Below are positions 12,864 through 23,291 of a DNA stretch of 64,000 nt, piece by piece (the stretch's first letter is position 1; each line of letters opens with the position of its first letter). Below the pieces are notes generated by a model, which saw only the letters and a list, made by a program, of their open reading frames with translations, did not search any database and was not told the DNA's origin. The stretch is from Macrostomum lignano (Eukaryota): assembly GCA_002269645.1 (NCBI GenBank), contig NIVC01001690.1:1-64000 (forward strand), in the 5' to 3' direction. The translations under genes were made by a program, and so were the position numbers.

Positions 12864-13679
12864 ATGGCTAGTCCTAATTCTGAGCCTAAGCTTCAGGCTG
12901 AGCCCAAGCCCAAGGGGACTGAGGCAGGGCAGGAGACCAGGGTCACTAACGGTCTCATGCTTGCCACCCTGGAAACCGCCATGGACGCAAAGTTGCCCAC
13001 CACTGAGATCTGGGACTCCTTGGCAGAGTGTATAGATTTGCCAAGTGAGACAAGCTCGGACGGCCTCAGGCTTCTCCATCGTGTGGTGCTGAAGCTGAAG
13101 GCGAAGTTGCGGGACCTGCAGCGGTCAAGGGTGCGCGAGGAGGCTGCTGGCAAGAAGAGTGCCTGGTCCAGCTTCATGGAGGCTGCTTTCGTCTGTCCTG
13201 GTGGAGTGATGGCGACTGCAACCCAGGCGCTGCCCATTCCTTGCACACCAGTCGGCCGAGCGTCCTCTTCTGCTGCTGCTGCTGCTGCCACGTCCCCTGA
13301 GGAGCAACGGGGTGTAGAGGCTGGCCTCCAAACTTCTGTAGCGGACCTGCGGGCCCAGCTGGCAAGCTCAGAGCAGACTGTGTGGAAGCTGCGTGCCGAG
13401 GTCTCTCGGCGCCCATTGCGGAAGATCTGGGTGCAGCGGGTCTGGCATCTTCAGGACCGACTGCAAGCAGCTCGGCAGCATGCGCGGATCAAGACCCAGG
13501 TGCTGCTGGCCATGCGTGATGCCAAGCAGTCTCAGAAGCGTCGCCAGGTTGCCCAGGCAGAAGCTGCTGCGGTGCAGCGCATCCGCGACCTTCAGGCCGA
13601 ACTGCGCCAGATGCATGATATGTTGTCTACCGCAAACAGTCGCGTAGAGGCATTGAATATAAATAATGTGTAGCTATTG

Positions 13680-13714
<35 letters not shown>

Positions 13715-14944
13715 GACAGATAGACAGACAGACAGACAGAGAAACAGACAGACACAGACAAAAGAAATATTCTTTGTGTCATTCATTCAACTTCCACTTC
13801 GAATCCAACCCTTATTCCTAACACCTAACAGATCCAGTATCTCCAGGACTACATCCGTGCCGGCCAGACGCATGTGCTCCAGACGCGCGAGCCGCGCCCT
13901 ACCGGTGGACAACAGTACACCAACAGGGTCATCTCCACGTGCATGGACCTGGTGCTCAAGTGCCACGTCCCTGTACAAGCTGTCCGCAACACCGTCAGGA
14001 CTGTCGTGGAGGACCTCTGCGAGTGGCGGATCGTCGACAACCTGCAGGCTTTCCTGGGCCACCTGGAGAAGCAGAACGATGCGCCTGTCGACGAGGTCAC
14101 TGCGCAGGCTGTTTCGGTGCGGTCTGCTGACGACCGTACTAGCCGTGTCCAGGCTGCCATTGCCAAGAAGCTGGAGCCAGCGCAACAAAAGGCCCCAGCT
14201 GCATCAGCACATCCAGGCGCCGCCAGACCTCGTGGACGGGGCCGGGGTTCTGGCCGAGGAGCTCAGCCTCCGGCTCAGGGCACCGACAGAGGTGGACGCG
14301 GGACTGGGCGTGGACGCAGGACTGGGCGCGGACGCGGGACTGGGCGCGGATGTGGGACCGGGCACAGACGTGGGACCGGGCGCAGACGTGGGAGTGCTGG
14401 CATCCGAGCCGGTGCAAAGCGGCCTCGTATCTCCAGCTCCGAGTCCAAGTCTGATTCTGACGCCTCCAGTCCTGAGGATGCCCCGGAGGCTGCCCAAGCC
14501 GCACTGGTGCCGACACTTGAGAACCTGCCAGACCTTGTGGGTCAGCGCGTTGAAATGCGCTTTGGCTACGCTGATGGGTCAGAGTGCTGGTCGCAGGGCT
14601 ACGTGCTGGGCCGTGTGCCAAGCTCGAGCCGTGATGTCCTCGCATGGGTCTTTGAGATGGTCTTCGACGAGACTCATACATGCGCAACCTTGGGAATCAC
14701 CCGGCCATTTCTATTGGCAACACACACATGTAAGTCACTATTGGCTGAGAGCAGTCACGTGACTACTATTCTGACCAATAGCGACTTGCCTGTGTGTGTT
14801 GCCAATAGAAACGGCCGGGTGAGTCCCAAGGTTGCGCCCAAGCATGACGAGACTGGCCCTGAGGATGTGTACCGGTACACACTGTGCAATGATTGGATGA
14901 ACAATGACCTCCACGTGCTGGATAGCGATGACAATGACGAGTAG
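12864..14944 (+). CDS. Transposon-borne protein: coiled coil, RG-rich tract, C-terminal Spindlin-like Tudor domain (~638 aa if spliced)
   Basis: ORFs 12864-13667 and 13832-14944 join in phase 0 across a (GACA)n intron (weak donor AAT|gtgtag, good acceptor ctaacag|). C-terminus LVGQRVEMRFGYADGSECWSQGYVLGR...WVFEMVFDE[insert]TGPEDVYRYTLCNDWMNNDLHVL resembles Spin/Ssty Tudor repeats. No DDE triad seen. Confidence 0.65.
14675..14845. mobile_element. Hairpin (MITE-like) insertion in frame within the Tudor domain
   Basis: Near-perfect inverted repeat 14682-14837 flanked by 9-bp direct repeat GACGAGACT (14666-14674, 14846-14854); total gain 180 bp = 60 codons with no stop. Confidence 0.8.
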
Positions 14945-15125
14945 CTTAAGTCCTTCTTAAAGTACTTTGTGGCCCAGCACTGCATCGCATGGTAGAGGGA
15001 AGGGGGGCATAGGGGGAATGTATATAGTACATATATCATTGTATGTATCATGCATGTACAGTTTCTATGTTTCTGCATAAAGACTTGTACTTACCAATCA
15101 GTTGAGCAGTTTTCTTACTGAACAA

Positions 15126-16381
15126 TTATTAGAAAGGAAGTTAGCATCGTTGACCAGACAAATGCCAGGGGTCGCTTGCTGGGATAGCTTTGCTGGGGTC
15201 AGTATCCAGCAGCCTTCCAGCGGAAGCCTTCCTTTTGACCCCCATGTTCCATGTATGGAATTAGATGTACAGATTCGTATGAAGCCATTTGACCACATAT
15301 ATATAGCTGTATATATTGTATAGAGGGTACAGTGGGCCCTACTATACTGTTTTGCAAAAAAGTGCATGCAGCAATTCCCCTTCATCTTTTCAACCCCTTG
15401 CTGTACATTTTCCTATCTCCGTAATGTATTTGCATGTATGCCTGCACCAATGTTGAGAATTTTCACCTAGTGCGGCAAGGGCTAGTGGAAATCGCTTTTA
15501 GGACAAAATATATGACCAATGTCCCTACCATTTGGTGAAAAAAACTCGCGGTTGACTCTTTCCATTTTTTAAAAAAAGTGCGATTTTTTTATGTTACTAA
15601 TGGGGATTTACATGTATTTTGCCCATTTCTGGTAAGCACACTGCGGCAAGGGTTAGAAGCATCCTGTTTGGCATAACAGGTTCTTTTTATCACCAGAAAT
15701 AAGTGGAAAAAAGAATTAGGGAGTTGACTCATTCCATTCAAAAGTTATGGCCATTTGAATTTTTCGATGTACATGTACATGTACATGTACATTTTTTGGG
15801 AAAATTTTTTCAGCCAAAATGGTCTGCATAATGATCCCTCAATCCAATGTGCATGCATCTTTGATAGTTTTGCACTCATTCAATGAAAACTGGAGCTGCC
15901 TGACCCCATATTTTTCTCCAATTTCGGCACAGTTTTAAAAATGTACAAAAATGTACACCATGTTTCACAGTCTGCAACTTTCTTGTTGTATGTACTACAC
16001 ACACAAGCAATATGTTGTTTGAAAGATCTACTTGTCTACTTTCCAACAAATGTAAGATCGTTGCAGTGTGTCACTTATTTCAAAAGTTATAGCCACAGAA
16101 AGAATACCACTTTTTTTGCCATTTTCCTTTATTAGAAAGGAAGTTAGCATCGTTGACCAGACAAATGCCAGGGGTCGCTTGCTGGGATAGCTTTGCTGGG
16201 GTCAGTATCCAGCAGCCTTCCAGCGGAAGCCTTCCTTTTGACCCCCATGTTCCATGTATGGAATTAGATGTACAGATTCGTATGAAGCCATTTGACCACA
16301 TATATATAGCTGTATATATTGTATAGAGGGTACAGTGGGCCCTACTATACTGTTTTGCAAAAAAGTGCATGCAGCAATTCC
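15126..16381. repeat. 253-bp apparently exact direct duplication (15126-15378 and 16129-16381)
   Basis: TTATTAGAAAGGAAGTTAGC...GCATGCAGCAATTCC present twice, ~1 kb apart, no differences seen by eye. Confidence 0.9.
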
Positions 16382-16586
16382 AAAACAGGCTCACTGGACC
16401 CCCTACTAATGCAAAATAATATACAAGAAAATGCTAAAAAATGATACCAAGCTCATAGTCATAAAACTATATCAGTATATGCAGCAAAAAATTTAGAGCA
16501 TTAAGAACACAAATAAATCACTTTTTTGGTCAAAATGATCATATAGACACAGTCCTAATATAAATTTTCCATAGGCATAAGGAAAC

Positions 16587-18457
16587 CCCCATAGTTCGGA
16601 ACACTCTGTATGTACCCCGGAAAAAAAACTACCAATTTTTTTTGTGTACGCCGATGTACGCCATATATCTTTGTGACGTTGTCGTTTTACAGTGCAGTTA
16701 TTAAATTTGTCTTCTATGTAAATATATTACTTATAGGAGATCGAAAACAAAATCACTTCCAAACATTTGGTACTGTAGCTGCTCATGAATCTTGCACCGA
16801 GGATTTTCAGCTCGAAAGGCTTCATGGAGTGCACCCTATGACTCCGCAATTGCATCCCATTGGTTCATTGCTGCTTCATTGCTTAACGGTGTGGCCGTTT
16901 TGTTGTGTGGCTATTCCGCGTAACACGCGCCACACGCGGAACGGCCACACGACAAAACGGCCACACCGTCAAAACGGCCACACGACAAAACGGCCACACG
17001 ATGTAATAATTTTTTATTTTTTCATTTTTCATTTTTAACAATGGACGACAGTTGTCCAAAGTGTCTACTTAGAGTCAGACCTCGCCAGCATGCATTGTGT
17101 CTGAAAGGTGAGTTGCTGTTTATAGTATGCTGTTATAGTTGTAATTATTTGAATTAACTGTAATTGGTAATTATTGTATATCTGCTGCTACTGCAGGAGA
17201 CGCAGCCGTTTCTATAGCTCGCTACAATGCCATGAAGAATGAGACGATGCCATGGTTTTGTCCAAATTGCCTGCTAGCACCCAGCTCAGCTGCTGAGCAC
17301 AGTGCGGCAGCGGAACCCAGCTTAGCTGCTGAGGAGCGACCTGCCTTACATTTGCGAATAAGGATACCAGCATCTGACGCACCTGAAGTTGTTACCAGAA
17401 GGTTTAGGTAAGTCGATGCATGTGAAGTTGAGATAAAGCAGATTTTTTTCTACATTCCAATTCTCTACATTTCAGGCCTCGAGGCTGACTCTGAGACACT
17501 TGTAGACAGCTTGTTTAAGTTGCATAGCACAGAATTGGATGTTGGCATTGACGAACCAACAATTGAGCTGGAGCTTCCAACAGTACTGGAAGAAGAGGAA
17601 GAGGCTTTCTTACACAACTATTTTAGCATCTTTTAAAAATTTGCATAACTGCTGGTCGCTCCATAAAAAACAATTTCGTCTTCGCTTCTCTGGTGCTTCC
17701 TTTTCGGATCCTTTTCGGCCTACATAAATTTCACAATATCTCAATGCATTTACTTCTTTTGCATTTTGATGTCATAAGCTGGATCTCATGAGCAATCGAT
17801 CTGCAACCCTTTTTGTTTTATGTGGCCGTTTTGTCGTGTGGCCGTTTTAACGGTGTGGCCGTTTTGTCGTGTGGCCGTTCCGCGTGTGGCCGTTTTGACG
17901 GGCATCCAAGGAACTGCTGGGCCGCGAAGGTTGGGATGACTCGCGCATTTGAGTCCGATACAACCTAAATGAATGTCCAGGTTGTATCTATCTGGAATAT
18001 CAAATGTCTCACGCCCAAAACGGCCCGATAAAAACATATTTAATTTTAAATTGTCTATGTTGAAAACGGAAAGTAACTTTTTTATTTATTAGTAAGAACT
18101 ATTAAAAAGTGACAGATTTATATGTACACAGTTTATTTATAAAATTTAAGTAAAATTTGTGCATTTTTTGTTAAAATTACAACTTCACCACAAGCAAAAA
18201 ACACGAAAGTCAGTTCTGCATCAATCGTGAAATTTTACAGTAAATGCATAATGAACGACTTTGTAACTGTTATTGATTTCACTAGGTTACGAATTTTTTG
18301 TTTTTTGGTGCATGTTACACACCAAATTAATAATCATGGTTAAACATGTACGCCAAAAGCCTTAGAAAATTACTATTTGTACGCCAACATGTACGCCAAA
18401 TTTCTTGACTGTACCCCGGAAATTTCCGGCGTACATGCCCTCTTCCGAACTATGGGG
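16587..18457. mobile_element. 1.9-kb non-autonomous TIR DNA transposon with PHD-finger remnant
   Basis: 15-bp TIR CCCCATAGTTCGGAA / TTCCGAACTATGGGG; probable 4-bp TSD AAAC; subterminal TGTACGCC and GTACCCCGGAAA motifs; internal inverted arrays of ACGGCCACAC (~16920-17000 vs ~17820-17900). Confidence 0.8.
17041..17407 (+). pseudogene. Spliced PHD-finger-like mini-gene, internally deleted
   Basis: Exons 17041-17107 and 17197-~17407 (GT-AG) give MDDSCPKCLLRVRPRQHALCLKG|DAAVSIARYNAMKNETMPWFCPNC; first and last Cys pairs plus the W before the last pair are present, central C-H-C ligands missing. Confidence 0.55.
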
Positions 18458-19715
18458 AAACCCAAAGACAAAATATTTTTTCATAAAAAATTGAATAACT
18501 TTTTTGTTCCTCAACCAAATTCAACAAATAAGGCCTTTTGGACTTCTGTCACTCATATCTATCTATTTAAAAAATAAAAATTGTAGAAATATATAATTTC
18601 AAAATCTCACTGGAGCTGAGTCCCTATCTACTATAATATAATCTAGTAGTATCATACACTGTGTATGTAGTGATACATTTTTAAGAATTTTATCATGAAT
18701 ATATAGCAAATATGATTTTGATTTCAACAAAAATACAATATAATGAAATGCAAAATTATGGCTCACACAACACAAGTGTGCAAATAAATTTTAGCATGCC
18801 ATTTGTACCAAAAATCACATAAAATTATAGTGATGTTCATCTTGTCTACAAATTTGTATCCCAGGTTTGTCCACACCGCAACCCTAGTACATCAAACATG
18901 ATATATGAATTTATATATTGAGACAGACAAAAAACTGTCTGCATATTTTCTATTGGATTTTCGTAAACTTAAAGATAATGTTGTTGAACAATGACAAAAG
19001 ACAAATTACACGTTTCAATTTAATGTTAACAATTTGCGCCGTTCAAAAAAAGTTTTCCTATAAATGGCGTTATAACTAAAATTTGCCAAAATCATAAAAA
19101 ATATAAACGATTAAACCGCAAACTAAACCTACAGAACTAAAAGAATGTGTCGAAACAATTGATAACGTGATCCTGAAATGAAGTTAAACGTCAGCTACGA
19201 TAATGCATGTACATTCGTACGTACATGCATCTGCATATTGGATGCAAATTTACTGGTATAATCAGCGGTGTCGGAACATATTTCAAAGTGGGGGGGGGGG
19301 GCTATTGGTGGGAGGGCACATTGCACTTAATTTCTTTTAGTCTAAGGGCACCCAAACTTCTGCTGTTATATCAGTTTGTGAAATTGTGACAACCAGGCCG
19401 ATATTCAATTCTGTGTTGGAAGTGGACAAGTCTGAAAATGTTCAAATATTCAACTGATTCAAACATTGCGCAACTAATTGCGAAAATTGCATTATCAATT
19501 TCTTTAGTAAATATCTCAAATGAATGAAAACTGCAAGGGCAAGACCAGTAGTTTTCTGGTTCTCTCCTTTAGTTCCTCTTGGTGCTGACTATTCTTTTAG
19601 CTGGCGGTATTTTAGTGATTTTAGTTGCAGCGCCAGCAGCGGTTTAAGTCTTTGGGATTGCGGTGGACTCGGAATTTCAATCAGAGACGCCAAAGCGAAA
19701 TGGTAAACACAAAAA

Positions 19716-20724
19716 CAGGGGTCGGCAAACTCCGGCCTGAGGGCCAAATGGCCTGCAAAGCCTCTGATCTCTGTCCGGCCCTCGGATCCTTTAAATCTTC
19801 ACAATAGCGATCCGGCACACTCGATGTTTGTCACTTCTCAGCTCTCTTTCCTCACCTTTCTCTTCTCATATTATCTCCTCTCCTCTCCTCTCCTCTCATC
19901 TCCTCACCTATCTCCTCTCCTCTCTCCTTTTGTCTTCTCACCTCTCTCCTCTCTCCTTTCCTCTCCTCTCCTTTCCATTCCTCTCCTCTCCTCACCTACA
20001 TGTATCTCCTCTCCTCTCTCCTCTTATCTCCTCACCTATCTCCTCTCCTCTCTCCTCTCCTCTCTCCTCTTTCCTCTCATCTCCTCTCCTCTCCTCTCCT
20101 CTCGTCAGCTATCTCCTCTCCTCTCCTCTCCTCACCTATCTCCTCTCCTCTCTCCTCTCCTCACCTATCTCTTCTCCTCTCTCCTTTACTCTTCTTACCT
20201 CTCTCCTCTCCTCTCCTCTCTCTCCTCTCCTCTCCTCTCCTCTCCTTTCCTCTTCTCTCCTCTCCTCTCCTCTCCTCTCCTCTCCTCTCCTCTCCTCTCC
20301 TCTCTTCTCCTCCTCTCCTCTCCTCTCCTCTCCTCTCTCCTCTCTCCTCTCTTATCATCTCCTCTCCTCTCTTAGCTCGTATCATCTCTCATCTCCCTTT
20401 TCCTCTCCATTCTCTTCCCCCTTCCTCCCATCTCTCCTCTCTCTTAAATCTCGACTCTCCTCCTTCATCTCCCCTCTTCTATTTTATCTCTCTTCTCGTC
20501 TACTCTGTTCTCCTTTATTCTTTAGCCTCTCCTTTCTCCTACGCTCGTACTCGTATAGTTCTCTTCTCTATTCCCTATCCTCTCCCTTCTCTTGCCTGCA
20601 ATCACCAGGGACTCCTGGGCGCGTTTCGTTTAGGGGGCCCAGGGAAGCGGACCCAGAAGTGCAGTCATTGCGCCACGCTAGGTTCTTAATCTGGCCCTTG
20701 AGGTAAAAAGTTTGCCGACCCCTG
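19716..20724. mobile_element. hAT-type MITE nested in the previous element
   Basis: 16-bp TIR CAGGGGTCGGCAAACT / AGTTTGCCGACCCCTG; TSD CACAAAAA / CACTAAAA (7 of 8 match). Confidence 0.85.
19840..20590. repeat. (CTCCT)n pyrimidine-rich microsatellite inside the nested MITE
   Basis: CTCCT/CTCT array. Confidence 0.95.
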
Positions 20725-21677
20725 CACTAAAAGCACTAGGCTTAGGCAAATTAGATAAAACTGTAGTGAATGGGATTGAGAACAACATTAACTATTATAT
20801 CAGCCCTCAGCTTCCAAGACTCGGAAAAGCCAAAGCCGAAAACCGGCCGACACTTGCTTGAAATTCAAAAAGGGCACTTGCAGGATCATGCTAAAAAGTG
20901 GGGGGCTCCAGCCCCCCCCCCCGTGCCCTCCCCCCCCCCGGTTCCGACACCCCTGGGTATAATGCACAGAATTATGTATAATTCTGTGGGTATAGTGCAA
21001 AGTTTACACTGTTTTTCTATCCCCGGATTTAAGTACAGACGAAAATTCAATTTGGAACATTATATGTAACGCATCGATCATGGGTTAATCAAAGGAACTA
21101 CATGTACACTAGACTGGAGAGGGTACGTCATTTTACTCGTATAATGAAGTCTTCCTAGTGTTCCTCAGAGTTAATTAAATGTAAACTTGTACATGCATCA
21201 ATTTAAAAAATCAGTTTTGTAAGATGAAAAAACTAGAAATTTCTTCTCAATCGAAACAGTGCTGTAGAGGCCGCTTGAATTAGTTTTATTAATTAAATTA
21301 CTTGATTAATAAATTATTCAAACGTTTCATGTTGCATTCACTTGCCTTAGAAGAACGTTACAGCCCGGACTGTCACAAAACGTTCGTCCAACAAAAAAGA
21401 TATCTTCAGCTTACATCATCACTTAATTAATTGTACACATTTATTTACATACATGTAAAAATGTACATGTATGCGTGTAATGTCCCCACTGGAATATAAT
21501 TAAATTATGCTCGACTTGTCTTTCACACTGGACCAAAACTAGTGAGGTTTTTATACCCAAACCAGGCTTTCCAGACTACGCGCCTCCATCATTTTCTGCA
21601 AATCCATCTCAGCTTGGCTTGCAGCGACGACATTCAATATATAAGTTTCATTATTTTTGAATAAAAATTCAACTACA

Positions 21678-21999
21678 GGGGGTTGTAGTAGCCTAGTGGT
21701 AAGAGCGTCGGACTCACGACTTGAAGGTTGGGGGTTCGATTCCCGGTCCCTCTCGAACAATTTGTGTCCTTGCATGAGCAAGACACACATGTAACTCTGC
21801 TTGCTTCAGTTCACCCAGCTGTAAAATGGGTACCCGCGGTCCTTGGACTGAACAGCCGTACGCAGCCTTCAGATGCGCCGCGCAATAGCTGCGGCTGAGC
21901 TGTCGGCTGCACATCTGGCCCAATTGGGGCAGGTGTAATCAATTATTATTATATTATTGTTATTATTATATTATTACTATTATTATTATTATTATTATT
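21678..21999 (+). mobile_element. tRNA-derived CORE-like SINE, copy 1 (internal deletion)
   Basis: Box A TAGCCTAGTGG, box B GGTTCGATTCC, core GTGTCCTTG..AGCAAGACAC...CACCCAGCTGTAAAATGGG similar to the MIR core, (ATT)n tail. Confidence 0.85.
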
Positions 22000-23291
22000 G
22001 CCAATCCAGTAGCTTGGCACATGCTCCGCTCTGATGCGCCTATAACTAAACAAGGCGATCACACTGGGAATCGAAGGCACGAAAGTCATGTACATGTACA
22101 GTGTACATTGTGCAGAGAGTACATATGCGGCCTTAAACGGCGCACAGCAATCTGATGTCGGAAACGTCTGCAAACATTATTAGAATGTTGCCTGCATGGG
22201 CACATGAGGAATCGTATTACCATATTGCTTAGATTAGCCATATCTCTGTAACGTGTACACGTGTAAATGTACGTGTGCATGCAGTTACACGTGAGTTTAA
22301 GGCATGCAGCATTAATCCCACTGAGCTATTGAAATTGTGTGTAGGCTGGCATTTCTTACTGCTGGCTACAATGCTAATTTCAAGTAGAGTTATCCATTTT
22401 AAACTCTGTATTTTTCTACACATACCGGTAATACTGTTCAAGTGTTTTGACTCCTCGAAATCCGGGAAAACTTTTCTAATAAGCTTATCAATTCCTGTCG
22501 TGAAGGAGATTTTTCAGTTTTCTGAGAAGGCTAGCTAAGGCTAACAATTGCTAAGAGTTTCAGTACAGAGAAAAAACAAAAACCAAGGGGTCGACCTTCT
22601 TTATCTGCTGCTTGTGGCGCAGGATTAGTATAAAAAAGATTCTGCATTTAAAGTTATTTCCAAGTCCGGCTTTTTAACACATTAAACTGGAGCTAAAGTT
22701 AATGCTGTTAGGAGAAAAAATATAAACAACAGCTTTTTGAGGGTTCTTAAAAAAACGCGATTTCTTCTCTCACTTTTCTGGCATTCTGTCAACTCCTGAA
22801 ATCCTGTATCTATAGTCACACCTAATACCCTGATTAACATTCCGAGACGCTGAACCATTGAAAGCCTAAATTAGGGTAAGTTTAAAGTGAATTTTGCTTA
22901 GTGCATTGGGAATCTGGAGGCAGACTTAACTGCTGTTAGTGGGGTCATAAAGATCATGTTAATATTCGAGACATTCATTTGACACTTACAGAGGTGACTG
23001 TATCATAAAGTAAGACTAGCATTCTGGTTACCAGCAAGAAATCCAGTTGGAGTCACATGTACATCCGGGTTACCAGGTTGTCACAGAGGTAAAATCACAT
23101 CCTAGTCATCACCGGAGGTAGAATCACATTTGGTTTACCAGACCATCAAGGTAGTAGACTTTAGTCCTAGTTACCAATTACCATGAGCTCCTAAAGTTAA
23201 AAACTTACGTGTACATCTGTATATCTAGATCTGGATCATATTCGTACAGGTAGACTTACGATCCGGTTACAATCAGGTCATGTATTACCTA

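Larger units (their letters stand above)
12009..16405 (+). mobile_element. 4.4-kb TIR DNA transposon derivative (hAT-like TAGGG termini, 7-bp TSD) carrying a Tudor-domain gene
   Basis: Perfect 16-bp TIR TAGGGGGTCCAGTGAG (12009-12024) / CTCACTGGACCCCCTA (16390-16405); direct repeat CTAATGC on both flanks (12002-12008, 16406-16412); subterminal GGTGTCATTTTGTAG and AAAGTTAT motifs. Confidence 0.85.
19263..20955. mobile_element. hAT-type MITE (outer element of a nest)
   Basis: TIR CAGCGGTGTCGGAAC / GTTCCGACACCCCTG; perfect 8-bp TSD GGTATAAT (19255-19262, 20956-20963). Confidence 0.9.

Noticed and set aside
13677-14762. Alternative-frame 361-aa ORF and antisense ORFs over the Tudor gene
   Set aside because: Shadow ORFs of GC-rich coding DNA starting in a (GACA)n tract
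19824-20706. LLSSPLLSS-type ORFs of 183-292 aa
   Set aside because: (CTCCT)n microsatellite translations
21678-21760. SINE heads as functional tRNA genes
   Set aside because: No convincing acceptor stem pairing, and each continues into the SINE core and tail
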